From: Camelus ferus
Lineage: Eukaryota
Length of the DNA stretch: 64,000 nucleotides
Direction of reading: 5' to 3'
Assembly (NCBI RefSeq): GCF_009834535.1
Contig: NC_045717.1
Span: forward strand, 17,732,001 to 17,796,000
Part shown: one piece after another, positions 48,601-60,907 of the stretch
How the letters are laid out: every line of letters starts with the position of its first letter
Numbering within the stretch: the stretch's first letter is position 1
The notes under the pieces: model-generated
Seen by the model: the letters and a program-made list of their open reading frames with translations, nothing else
Told to the model about the DNA's origin: nothing
Databases searched by the model: none
Translations under genes and position numbers: made by a program

Positions 48601-50340
48601 GTCCAAGAAGAACTCACTTAATTATCACAATAACTATTTAGGCTAGGTAGGGGGAAATGGAGGTACACAGAGGCAAAGAAACTTGCTCAAGTTTACACCA
48701 CAGGTAGAGCAGGGGTTCTAACTCAGATCATCTGTCTCCTCACAACTTTTGGTTGGACAGTTATGTTGCATTGCCCCAGAAGGTGCAGATGCACCTCAGG
48801 ATAGCTGGGAAACAACCAGGACATTACTGCTACGCGGTCTCCTGCCTCTGATTCATTGCACAACTCCAGAGGAAGAATCGGTTGATGCAGGTTAAGTTAA
48901 CGATGCACACAGGTCCAGGGATTTACAGACCTGGGATAAGGACATATTGTGGTATCTGAAGCTCTGGGGACAACAGGACATATCAGATGGGAGCAGGAGG
49001 GCAGAGGAGCAATGGCTGGAAGCTCTGGTGAAGGAAATTTCATTTTGGGGAAGCAACCTAGAGGGATAGAAGGGTAGAGTCTTTGGGGACAGCCAGCCAT
49101 GGGGTCAGGTTTTGGATCTGCCATTTTGACAACTTCACCTTGAACAAGCTGCTTGGCCTCTCTGCACCCCGACATTCTCAGTGAGTATTCTCAAAATACT
49201 CACGACAAGGTGACAGAAACAGCACCTCCCCCACTACATTAGGAGAGGACTAACTCACAAGAAGCACAGAGTAAGAACTACAGCAATGCCACCTGTCATT
49301 TACCAGGAGCAGCAGCCCCTTGGGCAGGGCCAGCAGTGGTGGAAGCTGATGGCCGCCCTCCACCCAGGAGCTGAGCTCTCCATGTCACACCTCACTTCAG
49401 GCACAGCCTCCATGCAGGCAGCCAACCTCTCAGCAGTGACTGAATTCATCCTCATCGGCTTCTCCAACTTCCCCCACCTCCAGCTGATGTTCTTCCTGCT
49501 CTTCCTGCTCATGTACCTGTTCATGCTGCTGGGGAACGTGCTCATCATGGCCACCATCTGGAGTGAGCGCAGCCTCCACACCCCCATGTACCTCTTCCTC
49601 TGCACCCTCTCCATCTCTGAGATCCTCTACACTTTTACCATCATCCCACGCATGCTGGCCGACCTGTTCTCCACCCACCGCTCCATCTCCTTCATGGCCT
49701 GTGCCAGCCAGATGTTCTTCTCCTTCATGTTCGGCTTCACCCACTCCTTCCTGCTCACTGTCATGGGCTACGACCGCTATGTGGCCATCTGCCACCCCCT
49801 GCGCTACAACGTGCTCATGAGCCCCCATGGCTGTGCCTGTCTGGTGGCCTGGTCCTGGGTTGGAGGCTCGGTCATGGGGCTGGTGGTGACATCAGCCATT
49901 TTCCAGCTCACCTTCTGTGGACCCAATGAGGTCCGCCATTTCTTCTGCCATGTGCCACCTCTCTTGAAATTGGCCTGTGGAGTCAATGTCTCCACAGTGG
50001 CCATGAGCGTGGGCCTGGTGTGTATCATGGCCCTGCTGGGCTGCTGTCTCCTCATCCTCCTCTCTTACGCCTTCATTGTGGCCACCATCTTGAGGATCCC
50101 CTCCGCTGAGGGCCGGCACAAGGCCTTCTCCACCTGTGCGTCCCACCTCACTGTGGTGGTTGTGCACTATGGCTTCGCCTCCGTCATCTACCTCAAGCCC
50201 AAGATTCCCCAGTCTCTGGAAGGAGACACGCTGATGGGCATCACCTACACGGTCCTCACTCCCTTCCTCAGCCCCATCATCTTCAGTCTCAGGAGCAAGG
50301 AGCTGACGAATGCCATGAGGAAGACCTTCCTCAGCAAGCT
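42620..50340 (+). repeat. Segmental duplicate arm B, an older direct paralogue of 900-8400; part 42957-45060 is near-identical in reverse to 60680-62794
   Basis: Same order of MER58A, MER20, L1MB, promoter block, MER20, L1MC, inverted L1MB and OR as arm A, but visibly more diverged. ORF 43297-43479 is nearly identical to 62271-62453. Confidence 0.88.
44826..44935 (+). promoter_or_regulatory. Putative OR promoter of gene B (O/E-like TCCCTGGGAA, HD site TAATTG, O/E TCCCCAGGGG)
   Basis: Motifs seen directly and conserved with arms A and C. The donor CAG|GTGAGT follows at 45171/45172. Confidence 0.5.
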
Positions 50341-50359
50341 CTTTCTCCGAAGCTCCTGA
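49412..50359 (+). CDS. OR10H1: Olfactory receptor, subfamily 10H, OR10H1/OR10H5-like (gene B), intact 315 aa
   Basis: MQAANLSAVTEFILIGFS, MGYDRYVAICHPLRY, HVPPLLKLACG, KAFSTCASHL, PFLSPIIFSLRSKEL. C-terminal SKLF resembles OR10H5. ATG is 11 nt after the acceptor at 49400. Exact 1:1 orthology is not resolvable by eye. Confidence 0.88.
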   Translation: MQAANLSAVTEFILIGFSNFPHLQLMFFLLFLLMYLFMLLGNVLIMATIWSERSLHTPMYLFLCTLSISEILYTFTIIPRMLADLFSTHRSISFMACASQMFFSFMFGFTHSFLLTVMGYDRYVAICHPLRYNVLMSPHGCACLVAWSWVGGSVMGLVVTSAIFQLTFCGPNEVRHFFCHVPPLLKLACGVNVSTVAMSVGLVCIMALLGCCLLILLSYAFIVATILRIPSAEGRHKAFSTCASHLTVVVVHYGFASVIYLKPKIPQSLEGDTLMGITYTVLTPFLSPIIFSLRSKELTNAMRKTFLSKLFLRSS

Positions 50360-51414
50360 AGTGGCTGGTTTTGTGACAGGGGATGTGGCAGGCAGAGGCA
50401 CTTCAGTCCATTGTCTGTAAAATGGGAACAATCATGATGCACTGGTGATGATTCCTGTCTGTGCATTTCCCATCCTTCCCTCTCAGCGACTGCTCTATAA
50501 ATTCTAGATGTTTGTTTTCTCTCCTCTCCCCCAATCTGCTTGGCCCTCATTCCTCCTGAGTTCAGTGGGGTCATGGCCTCCCCCAATTTGATGCTGTGTC
50601 ACGAAGGAAGGGACCCCTCTCCGTGTTGGGGAGCCTACGTGCATAGTTTGTCCTCAGCGTGTGAGGGAGGGACGCTTGCTCTGCCCCAGTGACGACGTAA
50701 ACAGCAACAGAGATTTGGAGCCTGCTGTGCACCAAGCACCAAGTTCCATGCTTTGGACACTTCACCTCTCTCATTTTATCATATTGAGGGAAGGAAAGCA
50801 TTGTTGGAGAAATGGTTTTCCATTTCGAGTCTTCACATTTTTGGAAGTCTCCTATGATTTGCTTTTGGCGACTGAACCAAATGATGGGTCGAAGGATACA
50901 AATTAAAGAAAGAAGAGAAAGGGGATCTGAACTTCTCCTTCTAAGATAAGAAATATGGAAAGTGTTGGGGCAAAGATGTGAGAGAGGGAAGAGGAAGTGG
51001 TGGCAGGTTTGAGGGATGAGGAGGAACAGGTAGAGAACAAGATTGCTGGCAGTTGACAGGGAGCTAGGGGAGATGATGGGCTTGGTGGCTGGTGAAGAAA
51101 TTTAGGGGAAAAGCAGGGACATAAGCTGTAGTTTTATAAGGTTAATAAGGTTTCCGTAAAGTACCTGATATAAATTGCCTTTCCTGACTCCCTTGAAATC
51201 CTCAGTAAAAATCCATTGCACTTTCATGGGTTGTGGAGCCAGACAGATTTGGGGAGTGGGGGCTGGGCCTGCTTCAAGGAAGGTGCTCAGGCAGAGTCAC
51301 TAGCCCCTTTGGGTTACACCCCATTTTTAAATGAGGTTTGGTGCTTGCCCAGAATCAAGAAGTCAGCTAGGTTCAGGGATGCAGAATGGAGTCAGCCAAG
51401 TGAGTCCTCTGTGT

Positions 51415-51602
51415 CAATGGGTCTCCAACCTAAGGGCACATCAGAATCACCTGGAAAACTGGTTAAGTCAGGATGCTCGGCCCCACCTCAGAGTGTCTCA
51501 TTCAGCAGGTCTGGGGGCAGGACGACTCTAGAATCTGCATTTCTAGCAAGCTCCCAGGTGATGCTACAGCTGAGGATGACACTCTGTGAAACACTGCTCT
51601 AA
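51415..51602. mobile_element. MER5A hAT DNA transposon remnant
   Basis: gcacatcagaatcacctgg...ccccacctcaga...gaatctgcatttctagcaagctcccaggtgatgct...gaaacactgctcta. Confidence 0.75.
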
Positions 51603-51764
51603 AGAATCCTTAACTCAAAGACGAAGCCACATATTTGAGTCAGAGACAAAAGTAACATTCTCTCTCTCTCTCTCTTCCTCCCTCCCTCCCTCCTTCCTTT
51701 CTTTTTAATAGTTATGAAGATAACAGTTTCCCATTTTTTGATCATTTAACATCAGCTAGGTTTT

Positions 51765-52340
51765 TTTTTTTTAAAAAATAATTTTATTGAAATGCACTTC
51801 ACGTACCATATAACACACCCACATAAAGATATGTGTAATCATCACCACAGCCAATTTAGAACATTTTCATCACCTACAAAAGAAACCTGTGCCCTTTAAC
51901 ACCTCTCTTTCCTCCCTTCCTTCCAGTCCTAAGACACCACTAATCGACTGTCTCTATAGATTTACCTTATCTGGAAATTTCATGTACATGGAATCCTGTG
52001 ATATTCATCCTTTTGTGTCTGGCTTCTTTCATCTTAGCATGCTTTCAAGGTTTACCCGTGTTGTAGTATGTATCACTAATTTCATTCCTTTTTATGGTTG
52101 AATATGTTGCATTGTTTGGATATACCACATTTTGTTTATCCATTCATCTGTTGCTACTTTTTCTGGTAGTTTCCACATTTTGGCTCTCATGAATATTTTG
52201 CTATAAACATTCATGTACAAGTTTTTGGGTGAACCAATATTTTCATTTTGGCGGGTATATACCCAGGAGTAGAATGGTTGGATCATATGGTAACTCTATG
52301 TTTAATCATGTGAGGAACTGCTAGACAGTTTTCCAAAGTG
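51765..52340 (-). mobile_element. L1MB-type 3' end
   Basis: Poly-T, then attttattgaaatgcacttcacgtacc...ttttagaacattttcatcacc...ggtaactctatgtttaatc...ttttccaaagtggctg. Confidence 0.75.
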
Positions 52341-52439
52341 GCTGAACCTTTCAAAGTTGGTGATTCCGAATGAACAGTTCCTCAACTGATGCTTTTCTCT
52401 GTTCCCAAACTCATTAAACAAAAATTGAAATTATAATAT

Positions 52440-53500
52440 CATCCTAACTACTGATTACTGAGTGTATCCATGTGCCAGGCACCATGCTAAGCCCTTCACA
52501 AACATTATTTTACTTCAGTCTCTTAACTGTGTTAGAAGCTCTGTGCTTTTTCTTTCCTACAAGGTAGGCTCAGAGAGTGGATGTGACCTACCTAAGGACA
52601 CACAGAATTACATGAGAGCCAATTTCCTCACACCCACTCCAACAGTGTTAACATACATGAAAATTTTTTGCACATCCTATTGGATGGGCAGAAACAACAC
52701 CTCGCAGTTACCTTCATTTACCCTCATTCTTCTGAATTAATTTATTCAACAAATATTTGAGAGCACACTATATGCTTTGTAGACATACAGCAGTGGACAA
52801 AATGGACCAAGAGTCCCTGACCTTCTCAAAGCAACATTCCAGTGGGCGGAGACAGACAGTATCCAACAAGCAGATATGGCAGGTGGTAATAAGCATATGG
52901 GAGACAAGGGAAAGCAGATCAAGAGAGAAAAGACATGGCCAGAGGTGTTTCTACTTTCTGTAGTATGGCAACGGAAAGGCTCTGTGACATTTGAGTAGAA
53001 ACGTCTCGAGGGTAAGAAAGATCGTAGGAGAATGAAGTGTGTGTGTTTGCGTGTGTATGTGTGAGGGTGGGGGGAGCAGGAGAGGGGAAGAGAGAGAGTG
53101 GAAGAGGAAAAGAGAAAAAGAGCAAGAGAAAGGCAAAGGGAAGGAGCGAAAGAGGGACAGACCAAGGGAGGGAGAAATAGAGTGAAAGGATGATAATGTC
53201 TACATGAATATCCAAGGATTTGGGCACATTCAGTTTGAGGTGCCTCCAAGATACCTACCTGGAGATACTGAGTAGGCAGTCGAAAGGGATAAAGATAGGA
53301 ATTTTGGGATCACTTGTGTGCATAAGGTACATGAAGCTATGATATTTGAGGGTAGCCCCAAAGAGAGAGGACGCTGATGAAGTCCAAGGATTGAATGGCT
53401 TTAATGGCTGCCTTGTGATCCATGAATGAATGAACCAACATTTGTTTAACAGTCCTTTATTAATAAATAAATAATGTGATGTATTGTCACAGCTCTGAAC
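52440..53500. mobile_element. MIR and L2 remnants
   Basis: ctgagtgtatccatgtgccaggcaccatgctaag (MIR), tttattcaacaaatatttgagagcac and ttcagtttgaggtgcctccaagatacc (L2). Confidence 0.6.
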
Positions 53501-55421
53501 ATCTTATTATTTACATAGATGCAGAATGTATCTCTAAGATGTCCATCTAATTAGGTGGAAAAATAAGAGGCAAGATTTAAACCCAGGTTAGCCTGACCTC
53601 AACACAGCCTCCCACACACTGTTTCCCACTTCTCTGGGGACAATAAGGTTTCTCACAGTAAACGTTATAAGCCAACATTCTGGTTTGTTCAGTATGATTG
53701 GGATTATATTGATCCACCCAAGAAATATCTGTTAATCAATTATATCTTCCAAGTGCCATGTTGGCACTGGGTGTGATGGTGAGCAAAATGGACAGACTTC
53801 CTGACCTCAGGAAAATGACAGCTGAAGGAATAAGCTAGCATAAGACATGGGAAGCCGGACCTATTGTGGATCCCCAGTAATACTCCAGCTTCTCTTTCCA
53901 TTTGGATGTTAGTAGGAGCAGAGGCCAAGTTTGCCTTTAATAAAAAAAAATGAAAGAGTTTAGCTTGTATTCTTGTCCAGACAGGATTTGTTGTCAGAGG
54001 AGGGGAGCATCTTGACTCACTGTGAGTTAGTGTGATTAATTTATTGCTTGTGTGTTTTAATTATGTTCGTTGTTGTACACCACAGTATCACCATCAACTA
54101 GTGTCCAGTAAGTTTTATAAATTGCTATTTTAAAATAAATGGATGAATTCACACTCTGAAACAATATACATTTGTCAAGAAAACTTTTTAATTGAGTTAT
54201 AATTGACATATAACAATGTGTAACTTTAAGATAAATAAAATGCTGATGTGATACATTTATAATTTGCAGTTTAATTGCCACTAAAGTGTTAGCTGACTGT
54301 TAGTAGCAGCTAACACCTCTATCATGTCACATAACCATCACATCTTTCTTGTGGTGGGAACAATTAAGATCTAGTCTCTTAGCAACTCTGAAGTTTATAA
54401 TACAGTCTTATTGTCTATAGGCTGTGCATCAGACCTCCAGGTCTACTCATCTACTGGTTGATCTACTGGTTGAAAATTTGTGCCCTTAAACAACATCTCC
54501 CCAGTTCCCCCACCTCTCAGTCTCTGGCAACAACCATTGCAATCTGTTTTTATGAGTTTATCTTTCTTTGATCCCACTTTTAAGGGATATCACACCATAT
54601 TTGTCATTGTTTTGAGTACACATATTTTCAACAAATTATAAGCACTATGAAGTATGATGAATCTTAAATCCATCCTCGTACCAAGGGGGAGCATTGAATC
54701 AGTGTGACCATGGGATACACCTTCATTCTGGGTTCTGCACTCATTAGTGAGACCAAAGAGTTCACCACTGGCCCATGAGCCGAGTCACTCTGACACAGCA
54801 GGCCATTTCCACGGTGGGACTTCTTTCCTTGACCTAACAATAGTGACTTCCCAGTGACTCTCTGCAGCTGCTCAAGATTCACACTGAAAATGTGGAGGTT
54901 TTCTCAACTTTTTCTGAGGCTGATTATTACAGAGATGAGTGAGCAATGCTAGGGTTTATGGTGCTTTGCTCTCCTCCCCTGTAACCTGGGTAGTCTCCTG
55001 CAGCCTTGCCAAACCTGTGTTGTAGCTACCCGGTGCTGCCTAGCACAGGGGGAAGGTCTGCTGTGTTCCATTTCTCTTTGCAGTGTGGGTTTCTGGGATG
55101 GGAGTAATCACACCACCCCTGCTTCCGGCAGAAGAAGAACAGATTCTGGCTTTACCGCTACCTGACAAAGTGTCCTGCAACAGATAGGAATCATCGAATC
55201 GTATTTTCTCTGAGTGATCGATCACCTCATACAGCTTTCCACCCTGAGTACAGGCATGATGCTGCTTAACCATTGTGGGCACCTTTGGATGTTGCAGACA
55301 AGGGTCCTTATAAAATTTAAAGCATCAGACAAATATGGTATTACATGTTTACAGGGGGCCATCTTTAATGGTAGCACCTGGTAACCCAGTTTAGCTATGT
55401 CCAAGGAATTCCTCCCAGTAA

Positions 55422-56369
55422 TCACATTTTTTCTGGGTAAAGCATGCTGAGGAAGGTCTTCTTCATGGCATTCTTCAGCTCCTTGTTCCTGAGACTGAAG
55501 ATGATGGGGCTGAGGAAGGGAGTGAGGACCGTGTAGGTGATGCCCATCAGCGTGTCTCCTTCCAGAGACTGGGGAATCTTGGGCTTGAGGTAGATGACGG
55601 AGGCGAAGCTATAGTGCACGACCACCACGGTGAGGTGGGACGCACAGGTGGAGAAGGCCTTGTGCCGGCCCTCAGCAGAGGGGATCCTCAAGATGGTGGC
55701 CACAATGAAGGCGTAAGAGAGGAGGATGAGGAGACAGCAGCCCAGCAGGGCCGTAATACACACTAGGACCACGCCCATGGCCACTGTGGAGACATTGTCC
55801 CCACAGGCCAACTTCAGGAGAGGTAGCACGTGGCAGACAAAATGATGGATCACATTAGAGCCACAGAAGGTGAGCTGGAAAATGGCTGATGTCACCACCA
55901 GCCCCATAACTGAGCCTCCAACCCAGGACCAGGCCACCAGACAGGCACAGNNNNNNNNNNNNNNNNNNNNNNNNNNNNNNNNNNNNNNNNNNNNNNNNNN
56001 NNNNNNNNNNNNNNNNNNNNNNNNNNNNNNNNNNNNNNNNNNNNNNNNNNNNNNNNNNNNNNNNNNNNNNNNNNNNNNNNNNNNNNTGAAGGAGATGGAG
56101 CGATCAGTGGAGAGCAGGTCAGCCAGCATGCGTGGGATGACAGCAAAAGTGTAGAAGACCTCAGAGATGGAGAGGGCGCAGAGGAAGAGGTACATGGGGG
56201 TGTGGAGGCTGCGCTCGCTCCAGATGGTGGTCATGATGAGCACGTTCCCCAGCAGCGTGAACAGGTACATGAGCAGGAAGAGCAGGAAGAACATCAGCTG
56301 AAGGTGGGGGAAGGTGGAGAAGCCGATGAGGATGAATTCAGTCACTGCTGAGAGGTTGGCTCCCTGCAT
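55422..56369 (-). CDS. OR10H1: Olfactory receptor OR10H1-like (gene C), 315 aa, near-identical inverted paralogue of gene A; 136-N gap in TM3 (55951-56086)
   Basis: Same motifs as gene A. About 13 nucleotide differences counted by eye over about 812 resolved bases (6 amino-acid changes). ATG at 56369, acceptor at 56381. Confidence 0.85.
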   Translation of the reverse strand: MQGANLSAVTEFILIGFSTFPHLQLMFFLLFLLMYLFTLLGNVLIMTTIWSERSLHTPMYLFLCALSISEVFYTFAVIPRMLADLLSTDRSISFXXXXXXXXXXXXXXXXXXXXXXXXXXXXXXXXXXXXXXXXXXXXXXCACLVAWSWVGGSVMGLVVTSAIFQLTFCGSNVIHHFVCHVLPLLKLACGDNVSTVAMGVVLVCITALLGCCLLILLSYAFIVATILRIPSAEGRHKAFSTCASHLTVVVVHYSFASVIYLKPKIPQSLEGDTLMGITYTVLTPFLSPIIFSLRNKELKNAMKKTFLSMLYPEKM

Positions 56370-59300
56370 GGAGGCTGTGCCTGAAGTGAGGTGTGACATG
56401 GAGAGCTCAGCTCCTGGGTGGAGGGCGGCCATCAGCTTCCACCATTGCTGTCTCTGCCCAAGGGGCTGCTGCTCCTGGTAAATGACAGGTGGCATTGCTG
56501 TAGTTCTTACTCTGTGCTTCTTGTGAGTTAGTCCTCTCCTAATGTAGTGGGGGAGGTGCTGTTTCTGTCACCCCGTTTTGAGTATTTTGAGAATACTCAC
56601 TGAGAATGTCGGGGTGCAGAGAGGCCAAGCAGCTTGTTCAAGGTGAAGTTGTCAAAATGGCAGATCCAAAACCTGACCCCATGGCTGGCTGTCCCCAAAG
56701 ACTCTACCCTTCTATCCTTCTAGGGATTTTGCTTCCAAACATGAAAATGTTCCTTCACTGAGTTTCCAGCTGTTGCTACACTGCTCCTCTCCTCCCTTCT
56801 GATAAATCCTGATCCTCTCAGAGCTTCAGATACTGCTAGACGTCCCTACCTGGGGTCTACAACACTTTGGACCAGTGTGTACCTCTAACTTAATGTGATC
56901 AAGTAGATTCTTCCTCTGGAGTCATCCATGCAAGAAATTCAAGGAAGGACGCTGTGTAGAAATAATGTTCTGATTATTTTCCAGCTCCCATGAGGCCCAC
57001 CTGCCCCTCCTGAGGCAATGCAACATAGCCATCAGACAAAGGGATGTGGGAGTCAGTCCACTGGGTGCAAATTCCTGCTCTGCCCACTGTGTAAACCTGA
57101 GCCACTTCCTTCACCTCTCTGCACCTCCATTTCTCTCTACCTGCCTCAGAGAACTGTTGTGGGAACTAAATGAACTATTCTGGGACTGTGACCTGGAAAA
57201 CAGTAGGCGCGGCCTGTGATAATGAAATCAATACACTAAGTGAGCAGATGCACATGGTCTGTGCTCAGTCAGTAACTTTCGTTTAATGAGATTTCAATCT
57301 TTCTTTATAAATAACTGTTTTTAAGTGATTTTTATTAGGTAACTTTAAAAGGCAGTAAACCACTAATCTGTGGCCTTTGGGGTCTGGCTTCTTTCACTCA
57401 GCATGATGTTTTCGAGGCTCTTCCATGTCGTAGTGTGTATGAGAACGTCATTCCTTTTCACAGCCAATCAATGTTCCTTTATGGATAGACCACATTTTCT
57501 TTATCTATTCACCCACTGATAGACATTGAGGTTGTTTTCATTTTTCACTCTTCTGAATCGCGCTGCTATGAACATTCATGCAGGAGTTTAAAGCATAGCA
57601 GTGGTTTCCAGGTGCCGGGGGAAGGGGAGATGGGGAGTGATTGCTAATATGTGTTGGGTTTCCTTTAGACATGCTGAGAAAGTTCTGGAACTAGGTGGAG
57701 GTGGTGGTTGCAGAACATTGAATGTATTTAATGTCACTGAATTGTTGTAAGAAGGAGAAAATAGTCAATTTTATGTTCTGTGTATTTTACCACAGTAAAG
57801 AAAAAATTAGGAAAATGTAATGAATACCCTATTAAGTGGGTTCTTGTCCTAGATCAAGCCCTGACACTTTGAGAACAAGACACAACCAGACGTTTGGTGA
57901 CTGGAAGCTGCATTCCCCAAATATCATCAGTTTCCAGAGTTCCTTGGCCTCCCTCCTTTGGAGTCCCTTGTTTCTTTCCCTCACTTCTTGGTCAGTACCT
58001 GCCCTAGGTTTCCAGGGTGATAGCTCCAAAAGCCCCACTCAGTCCAGATACTCTGAGATATTGCAGAGGGTAAGTCAAAGTCAATGATGTGGAAACAAGA
58101 ACCTCCAAGAAAAGGTTGAATGGGTGAGAGCAGGATCCTGTTGGCTGTGCTCTCAGCTTCCCATAGCTCTCCAACATCTAGTGCAAGGGTTCTCAATATT
58201 TGGGGCCAGGTCATTCTTTGCTGTGGGGGTGGGGGTTCGTCCCGTGCACTGAAAGGTGTTTAGCAGCATCCCTGGCCTCTACCAGCTGGACGCCAGTCGC
58301 CGCTGCTCAGTAGTGACAACCAAAAATGTCTCCAGACTTTGCTAATGGCCCATGGGGAGCAAAGCTCCCAGTTAGAAAAAATGGTCTAGAGAGTACAGAC
58401 AGCATGCTCTGTCTGACAGGATCTCAGTTCTTCCCTTCTCCAACTGGCAAACACCTGTTCATCTTTAAGACTCAGTTTAAATGTCACCTGCACAGTGCAG
58501 CCTTTCTGGACATCTCTTCCCCAAATAGATTTAGTTACTCATTCCTGTGTTCTTCCAAACTTCTGAGTGAGTTTGAAGGACCTAGCATCTTAACTTTTTC
58601 ATGACCAATGTAATAATGTATCATGTTGGAGATGCAACTATCTCTGGCACTGGATTTTGAGTTCTGGATGAGAACAGCTACCCTCTATTGGACATGGCAC
58701 CTGTGCTCATATGTTTCCTGTTAAGTATTTACCCCAATATTGTGAGGCACTACTCTGATCCCTGTTTTACAGAAGTGGCAGCTGCATCCCACACAAGACA
58801 CATTACTTGCCCAAAGGACCGTGGCTTCTGAGTGGGGGAGCCAGGATCTGAACCTGCACCTGAATGACCCAAAAGCCTACCTTTTCCTAACCTCTCTGTT
58901 ACACTCACCACTTACTGGTGGCTGTTAATGAATGTCAGAGCCACTCCCAGGACCAAAGAGCTGTTAGCTTCACCACACCAGACCATCCACACACTCCCTC
59001 CCTGTATTAATTAAGAGCACAAAACTCCACAGCCATGAATAAAGAAAGGGAGAGGCACTGTGAGGAGATAAGAGCTCACCATGTCTGGGGGAGGTGGTCC
59101 AGGGCTGCGTATCCATCTTCTGGGATGAGGGGGATGCAGAGGCAGCTAAGACTGGTGTCTGTTCATTCTGGAAAAAGGCAAAACTGTAAAGTCAGTAAAA
59201 AGATTGGTGGTTGTCAGGACCTCGGGAAGAGAGAGAGGGAAAGATGAATAGGTGGAACTCGGGTTTTTTTAAGGGGTGGAAACAATTCTGTGTGATACTA

Positions 59301-60816
59301 TAATGGTGGCTACATGACATTGTGCGTTTGTCAAAATTCATAGGATGTACAGCACTAAAAGTGAACCCTCATGTAAACTGTGGGCTGTGGTTAATAAGAA
59401 CATGTCAATGTAAGTCCAGCAACTGTAGCACAGTTACCTCTGGAATGCAGAAGGTTGATAACAGGGGAAGCTGTGGTCGGGGAGGGAGAGGATATGTGGA
59501 AATCCTCTGTGCTATCTGCTCAATTTTCAGTAAACCTAAAGCTCTTAAAGTAAAGTCTGTCTATTTTTTAAAGTAAACAAAGAGCCTTTGGAACATGGAG
59601 GGTGTGGGTTCAGGATGAAATGGACTGAAACCTGGCACTAATCCACCAGGAGTGTACCTAGTGGTTTCCTCTGCAAGCGTTTGAACAGCCCCAGAGAGAG
59701 AGAGTGAGATCTGGCCGTCTGGCACTTAGAGGAATCCACAGCGGGGCCAGCTCTCCACCAAGGAACACAGGGGCCAAGGCCACCTGTGGACAGATCTTCT
59801 TCTCGTATACCCCTGCAGCAGGGTTTTCCAACCTCAGCCTTAGGGACTTTGGGAGCTGATAGTTTTTGTGGTTGGGGGCTGTCCTGTGCAGTATAAGATG
59901 TTGAGAAGCATCCTTGTTGCCCACTACATGCCAGTAGCTTCTCCCAATTGTGACAATCAAAAGTGTCCTCACACAGTGTCTCATGTACCCTGGGAAGCAG
60001 AACTGCCCCTAGTTGAGAACCACAAGCGAGGTCTGTGTTGTCTCCATTTTGCCTTACCTGTCTGCCCCCATCCTGGCTCTCTCTTCTCAGTGAAGTTCTT
60101 TAGGATGCCCTTCTGCATCCTCCCTCCCATCTCTGCCACCATCGCCTCCCTTTTCTCTCCCCATTTTCAACCCTAACTCCTTACCGTCACCACACCTGTC
60201 CGCCCTGGTGCCCCCGGATGCATTACACCCTTGGTGGGTGACTGGAGCCTCTCAGTCCTAAATCCTCTTGTCTCTTTTCTCTGCCTCCCCTCAATCCTTT
60301 TACCACTGTTTTTCTGGCCAGGACGGAGAGGGGAGAGAAGTTAAAACGCAAGCAGTGTTCTGGGTAACTAAGAGCAATAGCTCCCCTCTCTGCACCTCAG
60401 TTTCTTCACCTGTCCTGAGAAGCAATCATCCCATCACCTTGAAGATAGGAAGTGGAGCCCTGCCTTCTGCTCCCATCCCGTAGACTCGAATTGCCCAAGG
60501 AGTTATATAGACAGGGTGGCTTCTCTGAGTCTGTGGCAGTTGCTGGTTCCCCAGGTCTCTCCTGGTCAAGTGGGAGGGAGGGATGATGACTCACCTGGGG
60601 CTCCAGGCTCTGCACCTCCTTCTGCCTCACTCCAGTTGGAGGTCCTGGTTTGATGTTTCCTTGCAGGTGAGGGCTGCAAGGCAAGGAGTGTGCCAGCCAC
60701 GTGGGGGCCTTTGCCTGAGCTTGATCTCCATTATTTATGCTGCCTCTGCTTTCCTGCCTGCTGCCTTCTCTCACTGCAGTCCTTCTGCCTCTGCCTCTGC
60801 TACAGGGATGCGGGGA

Positions 60817-60907
60817 CCCCTGGGGACACTTCAAGGCATTGGGCAACCTCAGGGAGAATCTGTCCTCACTTTCCCTCCCTCCCTGCCTGCCAGGGCTGAG
60901 TCAATTA
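60817..60907 (-). promoter_or_regulatory. Putative OR promoter of gene C (HD TAATTG plus O/E TCCCCAGGGG)
   Basis: Plus strand shows caatta at 60902-60907 and cccctgggga at 60817-60826. Donor at 60595/60594. Confidence 0.5.

Noticed and set aside
50329-50359. Gene B motif SLRSKEL instead of SLRNKEL as a sign of pseudogenisation
   Set aside because: A single conservative change in an otherwise intact receptor is not enough evidence.
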